43,959 bases of DNA from Abditibacteriaceae bacterium (GTDB lineage: Bacteria; Armatimonadota; Abditibacteriia; Abditibacteriales; Abditibacteriaceae): contig JANPJS010000298.1 in the NCBI GenBank assembly GCA_031425655.1, positions 1 through 43,959 of the forward strand, given 5' to 3'. Below are positions 18,184 to 27,645 of this stretch, one piece after another. Every line of letters begins with the position of its first letter. Position 1 is the stretch's first letter. The notes under the pieces were generated by a model. That model saw only the letters and a list, made by a program, of their open reading frames with translations, ran no database searches and was not told the DNA's origin. Both the position numbers and the translations under genes were made by a program.

Positions 18184-20457
18184 ATGAAACGCTTGCTTTT
18201 CGCCGTTCTGCTAACCACTTTTCCCGTTTTGGCCGCGCCTACGCCATTTGCAAAAACCGAGAAGCTCGCTTTGCGCGCCGCCACGCCCAATCTCGCCGAA
18301 GTGCCGTGTTATGCCAAGTTTGAATTGAAGTTGGATTTTCGCGCGACCTACGAAAACCCGTTTGATGCCGAGCAAGTGCAAGTCTGGGCCGATTTTACTT
18401 CGCCAAAAGGCCAGGTTCGGCGCGTCAACGGCTTTTTGGGGCAGGAATTTTCGCGCAAATTGGACAATGGCGCCGAAAAAATAGACGTGGCAGGCGAACC
18501 GCTCTGGCTGATTCGCTTCGCCGCCGATGCGCCGGGCCTTTGGAAATATCGTGTCGGTGCCAAAGATCGCAGCGGCGAAACGGCGTTGCCCGAAGTGAGC
18601 TTTCGCGCGTTGCCTTCGGACAATCCCGGTTTCGTGCGGCGCAGCAAAAGCAATCCGCGCGTTTTTCAATTTGACAACGGCAAGCCGTTTTTTGCGGTCG
18701 GCGAAAACATGGGATGGGCCGGCAAGCGCGGCACTTTCGACTTCGACGACTGGCTCGGCGCTTTGGGGAAATCCGGTGGCAACTGGATGCGAATCTGGAT
18801 GAGCAGTTGGAATTGCGCGCTCGAATGGAGCCGCGAATCGAAAGGCGAGTGGCGCAGCGGCGATTATTACGGCGTCGGCGTTTATAGCTTGGGCAACGCT
18901 TGGAAATTAGATAATATTCTCGATTCCGCCGACAAAAACGGCGTATCCACGATGGTTTGTTTCGGCACTTACGGCGAGTTTTCAAGCGGCGGGTTTTTCA
19001 ACGAAGGGCAGTGGAAAGCCAATCCATATAACGTCGCCAACGGCGGGCCGTGCGCCGATCCGAAAGAGTTCTGGACGAACGAAACGGCGCGCAAACTTTA
19101 TCGCCAACGGCTTCGCTACATCGCCGCGCGCTACGGGTGGCGAACCGGCGTGCATTCGTGGGAATTCTGGAACGAAGCCAATCCGCCCGCTGCGTGGGTC
19201 GAAGAAATGGCGCGTTATTTAAAGGGGCAGGGCCAATTCGCGGGCGCTCCTGCCGATGCTTTCGGCCACTTGGTCAGCACGAGTTATGGCAGCGATGAAA
19301 TCTGGAAACTGCCCGAAATTGACTTTACGCAAGACCATCATTATGGAACCGGCAACATCGCCGATCACGCGCCGATTGTGCGTCGTTTTGCTATGGACAA
19401 CGCCAAATATGGGAAGCCGCATTTGATGGCCGAATACGGCATTGACTGGCGCTCCAGCGATGCCAAATACGACGCCGAAGGCAAAGGCATCAACTTCCAC
19501 AACGGCCTGTGGGCGGGGGCACTTTCGGGCGATGGCGGCGGCGCGATGCTGTGGTGGTGGGACAACTATGTGCATCCCAAAAACCTCTACGGCCACTTCA
19601 CGCCGCTACGCCGCTTCACCGACGCGGTTGCGTGGACGGACGGTGCATGGAACCCGCTGGAAATGGATGCGCCAGTCGCGGATGGCCCGGAAACCTTCAC
19701 CGATTTAGTGATTCCCGCGTCGTCGGGCTGGGGCAAAGCCAAACACAGCGAATTTATCGTCACGCCGCTGGGCATCAAAGGCGACGCGCCGGTTACGCAG
19801 CACCTTTATAGTCCCGGCAAAGCCGATTTGCGAACCACGCCGGTTTATCATGTGAATTTCGCGCAGCCGGGCCGCTTTACGGTGCGAGTGGACGAAGTTT
19901 CATCGAAAACCACGCTGCGCTTCGTGTTAGACGGCGTAGTCGCGCGCGATGTGATTCTTGATCCGGCACCGCCGACCGACCCGAAAATCAAGCCGGATTA
20001 CGAGACAACCGAGTTCAAAGCGCAGTGGAACATTCATCAGGCGCGCTTTAACAAGGAATACAGCATCCAGGTGCCCAAAGGCGCGCACGAAATCCATCTG
20101 GAAGCCGCCGACGGCGATTGGCTCAGTCTGACTTCGATTTCGTTGGAGAATTACCGTAGCAGTCGTTCGCCGGATATGCAGCTTTACGCACTGGGCAACG
20201 GCAAAGCGGCGATTTTCTGGGCGCACAACGCGGCGCATAACTGGAAAAACGTAGCGGATAAAAAGAGTATCGCGCCGATTCGCGGCGCGCAAACCGCATT
20301 GCGCGGCCTGCCCGATGGCCGCTACACAATTGAGTGGTGGGACACTTGGAAAGGCGAAATTACAACGCGAACGACGTTAAATTCTCAAGGCGGCGTGCTT
20401 CCGCTGCGCTTACCGGACATCGCCACCGATTTCGCCGCACGCGTGACGCCGGGTTAA
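18184..20457 (+). CDS. Secreted DUF5060-domain clan GH-A (GH5-like) glycoside hydrolase
   Basis: Signal peptide MKRLLFAVLL. YENPFD and W.IRFA..PG.WKY (DUF5060-like). Acid/base motif WEFWNE and nucleophile motif PHLMAEYG. Confidence 0.8.
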   Translation: MKRLLFAVLLTTFPVLAAPTPFAKTEKLALRAATPNLAEVPCYAKFELKLDFRATYENPFDAEQVQVWADFTSPKGQVRRVNGFLGQEFSRKLDNGAEKIDVAGEPLWLIRFAADAPGLWKYRVGAKDRSGETALPEVSFRALPSDNPGFVRRSKSNPRVFQFDNGKPFFAVGENMGWAGKRGTFDFDDWLGALGKSGGNWMRIWMSSWNCALEWSRESKGEWRSGDYYGVGVYSLGNAWKLDNILDSADKNGVSTMVCFGTYGEFSSGGFFNEGQWKANPYNVANGGPCADPKEFWTNETARKLYRQRLRYIAARYGWRTGVHSWEFWNEANPPAAWVEEMARYLKGQGQFAGAPADAFGHLVSTSYGSDEIWKLPEIDFTQDHHYGTGNIADHAPIVRRFAMDNAKYGKPHLMAEYGIDWRSSDAKYDAEGKGINFHNGLWAGALSGDGGGAMLWWWDNYVHPKNLYGHFTPLRRFTDAVAWTDGAWNPLEMDAPVADGPETFTDLVIPASSGWGKAKHSEFIVTPLGIKGDAPVTQHLYSPGKADLRTTPVYHVNFAQPGRFTVRVDEVSSKTTLRFVLDGVVARDVILDPAPPTDPKIKPDYETTEFKAQWNIHQARFNKEYSIQVPKGAHEIHLEAADGDWLSLTSISLENYRSSRSPDMQLYALGNGKAAIFWAHNAAHNWKNVADKKSIAPIRGAQTALRGLPDGRYTIEWWDTWKGEITTRTTLNSQGGVLPLRLPDIATDFAARVTPG

Positions 20458-20460
20458 ATT

Positions 20461-20581
20461 TGTCTCTCGCAAAGACGCAAAGACGCAAAGAAATAAAGAA
20501 AAGCTGATGTTTTTAGGCTGAATTCTCTCATCTTTGACCATCTCTTTTTTTCTTGGCGGCTTTGCGGCTTTGCGAGAGACA
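20461..20581. repeat. 8-mer-unit inverted repeat (GCAAAGAC family) between convergent genes
   Basis: TGTCTCTCGCAAAGACGCAAAGACGCAAAGAAA...TTTCTTGGCGGCTTTGCGGCTTTGCGAGAGACA. Confidence 0.85.
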
Positions 20582-20594
20582 AAAACGAGAAAAA

Positions 20595-21062
20595 TCAGCC
20601 GATTTCTAAGATTTCAAAAACAATCGGGCCGTTCGGGCCTTGAACTTCGACTTTGGAGCCGGCTTTCTGGCCGAGCAGGGCGCTGCCGATGGCTGAATCG
20701 GCGGTCGCGCCGTTGTCTACTTGATCGAGTTCGTCTTCGGAGACGATGGTGTAAACGCGAATGCGATCTTCGCCGCCGCGCCGCACCTTGACCGGCATTC
20801 CGATGATGACTTTGTCCACGGCTTCGCCAGCTTCCAAGACTTGCGCGTCCATCAGGCGGCCTTCGACCAGAGCGATGCGCGCTTCGAGCAAGCCCTGCGC
20901 GTTTTTGGCGTCGTGATAGGCGAAGTTTTCGCGCAAATCGCCTTGCTCGCGCGCTTCCTTGATGTCATTAGAAACAACGGCTCGCTGCTTTTTCAAGTCT
21001 TCGAGTTCGTTGTTCAAGCGGTCGTAGCTTTCGCGTGTCAGAGTCTGTCCGGTTCCGGCCAT
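20595..21062 (-). CDS. greA: Transcription elongation factor GreA
   Basis: LT.E.Y..L..EL, AREQGDLRENFAYHDAK and SAIGSALLG motifs. Confidence 0.93.
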   Translation of the reverse strand: MAGTGQTLTRESYDRLNNELEDLKKQRAVVSNDIKEAREQGDLRENFAYHDAKNAQGLLEARIALVEGRLMDAQVLEAGEAVDKVIIGMPVKVRRGGEDRIRVYTIVSEDELDQVDNGATADSAIGSALLGQKAGSKVEVQGPNGPIVFEILEIG

Positions 21063-21225
21063 GATGAAGTCGTCCTTTAAAGTAATGGGCAGAGTTTAGG
21101 TCAGGCCGCAACAGCGGGGCAAGACGGCGGGAGGCGGCTTTGAGTGGCCGTCGTCTCCCTATACCTCTTGAGAATCCGGTTTATCAGCCGATACACTGAC
21201 CTGTAAAATTAACAGGGAGTTTCTG

Positions 21226-22377
21226 ATGAATTACAAAACTTTCATCACTGTTCTATTCTCAGTAGTTGCGCTTATTGTGACGGCTACCTTTCTCAAATTT
21301 CAATCATCTCGTCCCGCTGCCTCTGAAAGCGTGCGTGCTTCTGAAAAGAGCAAGCGTTCTACAATAAGAGCAAGTAGAGTTGCGCCAACTTTAAAAGAGC
21401 ATAACCTGCACCTTACATTCAGGTTTCGGAAAGTAGATGCCGATCCGGTAGATTTTTCTTCGGACGATCAGTTGCTGGCAATGGCTGGTGGAAGTTACGG
21501 CGGCACTCGGTATCCTGGTGGCACTAATGGTTTTGTGCAGATTTTTAAATTAGCTAACGGCGAGCTAATTCATACTTTGTATGGTCACACCGATGTTGTT
21601 TATTCAGCTATCTTTTCACCTGACAGGAAGGTGCTGGCAAGTGGGAGCCGCGATAAGACATTGAGATTGTGGGACGTGAAAACCGGCAAGTTACAATATG
21701 TTTTAGCAGGGCACAAAGCTGATGTAATTGCACTTGCTTTTTCTTCTGATGGTAAGTTGCTGGCAAGTGGAAGCCGCGATAATACCATTAGATTATGGAA
21801 CGTGAAGACTGGCAAAATGCACCGCTTGTTAGGAAGACATAAGCGTTCGGTCTACTCGGTAGCCTTCTCTCAAGACGGAACAATGTTGGCAAGTGGCAGT
21901 TGGGACGGCGCACTGAAATTGTGGAATTTGAACACAGGGAAGCTTTTATGGACGCAGGTCGAGACCAATCCGCTCTACCAAATCGCGTTTTCCAAGGATG
22001 CTAAAAGTATTCTGGATGTCCTACAAAATTCTACAGTTCACGTCCGGCAGACACGGACAGGACAATTGCAAAAGGCTCTGGCAGATCGCTATGGTTGGTC
22101 GGGTCTTGACCAAGCAAATTTCTCTTCCGATGGACGCTTTTTAGCTCGGCTTGCATCGGTTCCCCTTCTTTTAGGAGGAGGAACTGTAAAAGCCGAAGTT
22201 CAAGTTACCGATACTCAAAATAGCCAAGTGATAGCGAGACTGATCGAATCTAATGGCGAACTTGGCTCACCAGTTCTTTCTCATAATGGCAAACTTCTTG
22301 CTGTGGGCGTTGCGAATTCTACACAGAATGCTGTAAACGTCTATGCGGTTGATCGAGATAGTAGATCCTCGCCATAA
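21226..22377 (+). CDS. WD40-repeat protein with an N-terminal signal/anchor
   Basis: Repeated GH..V..AFS.D..LASGSRD.T.RLW blades. Visibly lower GC than the flanks. Confidence 0.9.
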   Translation: MNYKTFITVLFSVVALIVTATFLKFQSSRPAASESVRASEKSKRSTIRASRVAPTLKEHNLHLTFRFRKVDADPVDFSSDDQLLAMAGGSYGGTRYPGGTNGFVQIFKLANGELIHTLYGHTDVVYSAIFSPDRKVLASGSRDKTLRLWDVKTGKLQYVLAGHKADVIALAFSSDGKLLASGSRDNTIRLWNVKTGKMHRLLGRHKRSVYSVAFSQDGTMLASGSWDGALKLWNLNTGKLLWTQVETNPLYQIAFSKDAKSILDVLQNSTVHVRQTRTGQLQKALADRYGWSGLDQANFSSDGRFLARLASVPLLLGGGTVKAEVQVTDTQNSQVIARLIESNGELGSPVLSHNGKLLAVGVANSTQNAVNVYAVDRDSRSSP

Positions 22378-22463
22378 AGATTAAGAGACGAACAGGAGGC
22401 GAGAAATGCGAATGCGCCGATTCGACGCTTACTGCTAACCGCCGTCTGCCGTCTTGCCTCCGC

Positions 22464-22472
22464 TGCTATACT
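22464..22472 (+). promoter_or_regulatory. Putative extended -10 promoter
   Basis: TGCTATACT about 20 nt upstream of the aminotransferase start, which has a GAGGT RBS. Confidence 0.45.
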
Positions 22473-22491
22473 GACGGTCATCCGAGGTGAG

Positions 22492-23802
22492 ATGGTGTCT
22501 AATCAGAACGGTCACAGTCCCGCAAATATCCAATCGAACGAAGTTTTTCCCGAACTCAAAATTCCGCCGCGCATCCTGATGGGTGCGGGGCCGTCGGCGT
22601 CGTATCCCGAAGCCTTGCGCGCCATGGGCGCCAATACGCTGGGCCATCTTGACCCGGCGTTTCTCGGCATCATGGGCGATGTCGGAAAGATGCTGCGTCA
22701 GGTTTTTCGCACCCAAAACCCGGTTACCGGCGCGGTTTCCGGCACGGGCACGGCGGGCATGGAAGCCGGCTTGTGCAATCTCATCGAACCCGGCGACGAA
22801 GTTTTAATATGCGTTTTCGGCTACTTTTCCGACCGCATGGCGCAAATGGCCCGGCGCATGGGCGCTGAAGTTACCGTCATTAACCAGCCGTGGGGCCGCA
22901 TTTTCGAGCCGGAGCAGGTCGAAACCGCGCTGAAGGGCATGAAAAAGCCCAAAGTCGTGGGAATTGTCCACGCCGAAACCTCGACCGGCATTTTGCAGCC
23001 GATTGAAGAAATTATCGCCATCGCGCATCGCTACGGCGCGCTTGTCGTCGCCGACGCGGTTACGAGTTTGGCCGGTTGCCCGCTGTTGATTGACAAATGG
23101 AACGTGGACGTGTGTTTTTCCGGCACGCAAAAGTGCATTGGTTCGCCGCCCGGTCTGTCGCCGATCACTTTCAGCCCGCGCGCGATGGACACCATTCGCA
23201 ACCGCAAGCGCCCGGTGCAAAGCTGGTATCTCGATATGTCACTCGTTGAAACCTATTGGGGCGATACGGGCGGCGGAGGCCGCGCTTATCATCACACGGC
23301 GCCCTCGAACGCGCTTTTCGGACTTTACGAGGCGCTGCGTTTGGTGCTCGAAGAAGGCTTGGAAAACCGCTGGGAGCGCCATGCGCTGCATTCGCGGGCG
23401 TTGCGCGCCGGACTGGAAAAAATCGGCTTCCAATTCTTCGCGCAAGAAGGCCATCGCCTCAATCAATTGGTGTCAGTTTTCATTCCCGAAGGCATTGACG
23501 ACGTAACCGTGCGCGGCCAATTGCTGCGCGATTACAATATCGAAATCAGCGGCGGATTGGGCGACGGCAAAGGCAAAATCTGGCGCATCGGCGTGATGGG
23601 CTATTCGGCGCAGCGCAGCAACATCGAAGTGCTGCTGACGGCATTGGAATCCATTTTGTCCGATTTGAACTACAAATTTGAACACGGCGCCGCGTTAGAT
23701 GCCGCTCACGCCGTTTATCACGGACACGAAACTGGCAGCGCGAAACTGCCTAATGGAACGGGCGAAACCATCGCCGCTGAAGAAGTCGCGCACAAAGGTT
23801 AG
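22492..23802 (+). CDS. Alanine-glyoxylate/serine-pyruvate aminotransferase (class V PLP)
   Basis: LMGAGPS, GTGTAGME, VHAETSTG, DAVTS, SGTQKC (PLP lysine), YHHTAP and WRIG motifs. Confidence 0.93.
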   Translation: MVSNQNGHSPANIQSNEVFPELKIPPRILMGAGPSASYPEALRAMGANTLGHLDPAFLGIMGDVGKMLRQVFRTQNPVTGAVSGTGTAGMEAGLCNLIEPGDEVLICVFGYFSDRMAQMARRMGAEVTVINQPWGRIFEPEQVETALKGMKKPKVVGIVHAETSTGILQPIEEIIAIAHRYGALVVADAVTSLAGCPLLIDKWNVDVCFSGTQKCIGSPPGLSPITFSPRAMDTIRNRKRPVQSWYLDMSLVETYWGDTGGGGRAYHHTAPSNALFGLYEALRLVLEEGLENRWERHALHSRALRAGLEKIGFQFFAQEGHRLNQLVSVFIPEGIDDVTVRGQLLRDYNIEISGGLGDGKGKIWRIGVMGYSAQRSNIEVLLTALESILSDLNYKFEHGAALDAAHAVYHGHETGSAKLPNGTGETIAAEEVAHKG

Positions 23803-23860
23803 TTTTGAGTTGTAAGTTGCAGTCGGTTAACTCAAAACTCACAATTCAAAACTCAAAACT
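23801..23860. repeat. 7-mer (ACTCAAA) tandem/inverted intergenic repeat
   Basis: AGTTTTGAGTTGTAAGTT...AACTCAAAACTCACAATTCAAAACTCAAAACT. Confidence 0.8.
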
Positions 23861-23861
23861 C

Positions 23862-24278
23862 ATGAATAATGCAATTTCCGGCTGCGGCTTTCATCATGTG
23901 GCGATTCGCACCGCCAATTGGGAAAAATCGCTGCAATTTTACACGCAAGGCCTCGGTTTTAACGTTCGTATCGAATGGGGCGAGGCTCCGCGTCGGGCTG
24001 TCATGCTCGATACCGGCGACGGCAACTATTTAGAGATTTTCGAGCGCGAACCGCTGGCCAACGGCCCGTCCGACGATTCGTCCGCGATTTTGCACTTCGC
24101 TTTGCGCGCCGCCGATGTCGAAGCGGCGACAGAGATTGCTCGCGCTGCCGGCGCCGTCGTGACTTTAGAGCCGAAAGTTCCCGAACCGTTTACCAATCTG
24201 GGACTGAAAACGAAGATTTCTTTCGTCAAAGGGCCGGACGGCGAAATCGTCGAATTCTTTGAAAGCGACTCATTGTAA
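23862..24278 (+). CDS. VOC/glyoxalase family protein
   Basis: FHHVAI, FY..GLG, LEIF, LHFAL and GPDGEIVEF motifs. Start trimmed to ATG 23862. Confidence 0.92.
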   Translation: MNNAISGCGFHHVAIRTANWEKSLQFYTQGLGFNVRIEWGEAPRRAVMLDTGDGNYLEIFEREPLANGPSDDSSAILHFALRAADVEAATEIARAAGAVVTLEPKVPEPFTNLGLKTKISFVKGPDGEIVEFFESDSL

Positions 24279-24309
24279 AGCAAAAGCGCAGTAAAGCAAT
24301 CCCGACGGC

Positions 24310-24339
24310 AAAAGGGCGATCCAACGGGTCGCCCTTTTT
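24310..24339 (+). terminator. Intrinsic terminator
   Basis: AAAAGGGCGATCC-AAC-GGGTCGCCCTTTTT. Confidence 0.75.
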
Positions 24340-24363
24340 GCGTGACGAAACTGAGGTTGAATC

Positions 24364-25419
24364 ATGAAATATCGCATTTATCCCAACACCGATTTGAGCG
24401 TGAGCGAAGTCGGATTTGGTCTGTGGACGCTCTCGACGGGCTGGTGGGGCGAGCACACCGATGAAGAATCCATCGCCATGCTGCGCTTGTCGCGCGATTT
24501 GGGCATCACCTTTTACGACACCGCCGACACTTACGGCAACGGCGCGGGCGAAGAGATTCTGCTCAAGGCGTTCGGGCCGAATCCGAAGGATTTGGTTTAC
24601 GCCACCAAATTCGGCTACGACATTTACAGCGAAGTCGCCGAAGAGCGGCGCGGCCAGCGCGAACTGCCGACCAACTTTTCGCCAGAATTCATGCGTTTCG
24701 CCTGCGAGCAAAGTCTGAAGCGGCTCGGCGTGGACGCGATTCATCTCTGGCAAATTCACAACGCGCGCATGGATTCGGTGCAAAACGACGAGTTATGGGC
24801 GACGTTAGAATCGCTCAAAGATGAAGGCAAGATTCTGCATTACGGCGTGGCGCTCGGCCCGGCCAACGGCTGGCTGACCGAAGGCATCGCCGCCATGCGC
24901 CACCGCGATTTCGCTTCGATTCAAGTGATTTACAACTTGTTGGAGCAGCATCCCGGCGGCGATTTTTTCCCGGATGCCCGCGCCAACGATGTTGGCGTTT
25001 TAGTGCGTGTGCCGCATTCGTCGGGAATGCTCGAAGGCAAATACACGCTCGAAACTACCTTCGCGGCCAACGATCACCGGCGGCATCGCCCGAAATCGTG
25101 GCTGATTAACGGTTTGCAGAAGCTCGAAACGCTGAAATTCCTGACGGAAGGCCGCAATCAGACGCTCGGACAAGCCGCGATCAAGTTCATCTTGGCCGAA
25201 TCGTGCGTGACCAGCATATTGCCCAATATCTACGACGAAGAGCAGCTCCGCGAATTCGCCGCCGCGCCCGATTTGCCGGATTTGACGGCAGACGACTTGG
25301 CGCGGTTGGCTGAACTTGAAGCCGTTAATTTCGGAGTCGAAGAAGAAGAAGGCACGTTTAAGGGCCTGCCGCTGAGCGCGCTCGCGGAATGGGAAGAGCA
25401 ACTCAAAACCGCCGTTTGA
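24364..25419 (+). CDS. Aldo/keto reductase
   Basis: VSEVGFG, YDTADTYG, ATKFG, SLKRLGVD.I..QIH and YNLLEQ motifs. Confidence 0.93.
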   Translation: MKYRIYPNTDLSVSEVGFGLWTLSTGWWGEHTDEESIAMLRLSRDLGITFYDTADTYGNGAGEEILLKAFGPNPKDLVYATKFGYDIYSEVAEERRGQRELPTNFSPEFMRFACEQSLKRLGVDAIHLWQIHNARMDSVQNDELWATLESLKDEGKILHYGVALGPANGWLTEGIAAMRHRDFASIQVIYNLLEQHPGGDFFPDARANDVGVLVRVPHSSGMLEGKYTLETTFAANDHRRHRPKSWLINGLQKLETLKFLTEGRNQTLGQAAIKFILAESCVTSILPNIYDEEQLREFAAAPDLPDLTADDLARLAELEAVNFGVEEEEGTFKGLPLSALAEWEEQLKTAV

Positions 25420-25475
25420 AACGGCGCGATCAAAGCAAATGTGGTGTTCAGTAGTCGAGCCAGAAGCATAACGCC

Positions 25476-25518
25476 GCAGAACCCCCAACCCCCTTACTAA
25501 GGGGGTTGGGGGTTCTGC
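25476..25518. repeat. Perfect 21-bp inverted repeat between convergent genes (REP-like or terminator)
   Basis: GCAGAACCCCCAACCCCCTTA-C-TAAGGGGGTTGGGGGTTCTGC. Confidence 0.85.
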
Positions 25519-25555
25519 CTTCAAGCGCTACCCGGATTAGTTTTCGAGAACCGCG

Positions 25556-27361
25556 TTATTCCTGCTCCACCGAAGGCGCAACGATGAGCGGAGCTGGCGC
25601 CGGATTCGGCGGCGGAGGTGATTTTAGCGGCGCTTTGAAAGGGCTTGGATTCAATTTGTCCATTGCCGATGCCAGTTTGGCGGGGATTTTGTGGTTGTTG
25701 GTCGGGCGCGGCGGGTATTTGTCGCCGATGTCGGCGCCCCAGTCGCGCAGATTTTGCTGTAACTCGATGATGAAATTCGCGTCGGCGGCCAGCGTTTGCG
25801 GCGTTAAATCCTTTTGGGAACACAGCCACGCCGCGGCGCCGACGGCTTCGCCGCAGGCCATCGTGATCGGCAGAACGCGGGCGCTGCCAGCCGCCGCCGA
25901 AGTCGCCGACAGGCTGCGCGAAGCCACGAATACACCGTCAATGCGGGAAGGAATGAGGCAGCCGAGAGGGATGGTATAATTGTGTCTTTGCGGCGCCAGA
26001 CGGTTGAGTTCGCCTTTGATATAGGGATGTGAATCCAAAGGATAACTGGCCAGCGCGATGCGGTCGGGAAAGCGTTTTTCCGTCTTAATGTCCTGCTCCG
26101 TCAACAAATAGCGGCCCTGAATATGGCGCGTTTCGCGGATGTAAAGCTCCGGTGCGATTTCGCTGATTCGGGCGTTCTGGAAGCCCGGCATAGTTTTTCG
26201 CAGATATTCCAAAAAGGCCGGGAGTTCGGCAATCGCTTCTTTTGTAGCAGCAGTGACCGAAGTTGCGCTGAGGCCGTTCACGCCTAAGATATTCAATGTG
26301 TTCAGCACGACGGTGCCGTCGTTCTGGCGTCCGAAGTTGATCGAGAGGAATTCGATATTCGGCCCCAATGGGCGATACGGCTTGACGATATTGCCGCGCT
26401 CCCACAGATAGTTGTCTACCCCGCCGCCCAGACGCTCTTTGATCATAATGCCGCGCGCTGTCGAGACAGGTTTGAGGTCAATGGCGAATTTCACGCGGCG
26501 AGCTTCGCCCGGAGACAGCGGGCGAAGCCGCGTGCCTTTGGTGTATTTTTTTGCTCCCAGCCAGTTAACGCCGGAAACGGAAAACAAAAGGCCCGCCGAC
26601 TGCATGGCGCGGTCGGGATTGGTTTTCTGGCGCCCGATGAAATAGCCGGCGCCGGCGCGGGCCGCGAAACTCGCGTCGTTGGTGGCATCTATGAAGGTTT
26701 TCGCTTTAATCTGATGATCCAAGCCGTCGGTGCCGCGTAAAATCGCGCCGGTCACACGGTTGCCGTCTTTGCGGATGTGCCCAACGCGCGTTTCGACAAA
26801 GGTGTGCAACATTGGCTCGACGGCCACGCTTTCCTCGAAAAGGTGCATGGCCTTGTCCACGTCGAAAGCGATGCCGAGCTGATCGAAAAACTCGGCGAAA
26901 ATTCCCTGCACCACCGGCGAAGTCGAGCCGGGACGCAGCGGCACGTCCCACATATTCATCATCTGGTAAACGATGTCGCCGCCCAGATGAGGCCGTTCTT
27001 CGATTAGCACCACGTTTGCGCCGCGCCGCGCCGCCGCTAAAGCCGCCGCCACACCCGACGGCGTGCCGCCCACCACTAAAACGTCACAGCTCTTGATGCT
27101 TCCGTCGAATGCGTCGAAAACAGGCGGCTGGTTTCGCAAGCGCACCGGAAAATGTGCCGGCAGCGAGCCGTTTGGCCCGGCGGCACGAGCAATACCCCAA
27201 ACCGGGTCGTGCGGCGCCTTTTTTGAACGTTCGGCGGCTGATTCGCGGCGTGAATACGAGGTTCCGATAACGAGCGAAGCGCCCAAAAGCGCAGCGATGA
27301 AACAACGCGAAAACGCGCGGCGCCGGTATGAGGAAGGCTTCGATGAAGGCGGCTTATTCAT
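25556..27361 (-). CDS. FAD-dependent oxidoreductase (FAD_oxidored-like), probably exported, with a Pro-rich tail
   Basis: DVLVVGGTPSGVAAA, FIDAT, LYIRETRHI.G.Y.LT, YPLDSH and GEAVG motifs. N-terminal hydrophobic segment after RRR. Confidence 0.88.
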   Translation of the reverse strand: MNKPPSSKPSSYRRRAFSRCFIAALLGASLVIGTSYSRRESAAERSKKAPHDPVWGIARAAGPNGSLPAHFPVRLRNQPPVFDAFDGSIKSCDVLVVGGTPSGVAAALAAARRGANVVLIEERPHLGGDIVYQMMNMWDVPLRPGSTSPVVQGIFAEFFDQLGIAFDVDKAMHLFEESVAVEPMLHTFVETRVGHIRKDGNRVTGAILRGTDGLDHQIKAKTFIDATNDASFAARAGAGYFIGRQKTNPDRAMQSAGLLFSVSGVNWLGAKKYTKGTRLRPLSPGEARRVKFAIDLKPVSTARGIMIKERLGGGVDNYLWERGNIVKPYRPLGPNIEFLSINFGRQNDGTVVLNTLNILGVNGLSATSVTAATKEAIAELPAFLEYLRKTMPGFQNARISEIAPELYIRETRHIQGRYLLTEQDIKTEKRFPDRIALASYPLDSHPYIKGELNRLAPQRHNYTIPLGCLIPSRIDGVFVASRSLSATSAAAGSARVLPITMACGEAVGAAAWLCSQKDLTPQTLAADANFIIELQQNLRDWGADIGDKYPPRPTNNHKIPAKLASAMDKLNPSPFKAPLKSPPPPNPAPAPLIVAPSVEQE

Positions 27362-27424
27362 AAAAAGGAATCTGTATTGCGGTTCAATAAGACGAAGTTA
27401 CTCACCTGACGCGGTCTCGCCGCT

Positions 27425-27600
27425 TTCAACGGGAAGACGGAAAGAACGGGAAGTTGAAAGAGTTGACGAGGCGAAAAAGCAGCTTGAACACAGCCCGAAT
27501 CCAATATCCAAGCGCAAACCCAACCGATAATGGTGATGTCCGCCCGTCCAAAGCACTCAAATCTCTTCCCGCCTTCCCGTTCTTTCCGCCTTCCCGTTAA
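27425..27600. repeat. ACGGGAAG-family inverted repeat with a ~110-bp spacer
   Basis: TTCAACGGGAAGACGGAAAGAACGGGAAG...CTTCCCGTTCTTTCCGCCTTCCCGTTAA. Confidence 0.8.
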
Positions 27601-27645
27601 AAAATCACGGATGCATAGCGCGGTGCGTAAGGTGAGCAAGTTATT

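Noticed and set aside
21096..21206. SRP RNA or 6S RNA
   Set aside because: No SRP helix-8 consensus and too short for 6S. Kept only as a weak leader candidate.
21590..21930. Nucleotide repeats as a DGR template/variable pair
   Set aside because: They are WD40 blade repeats. I saw no adenine-specific pattern and there is no reverse transcriptase in the window.
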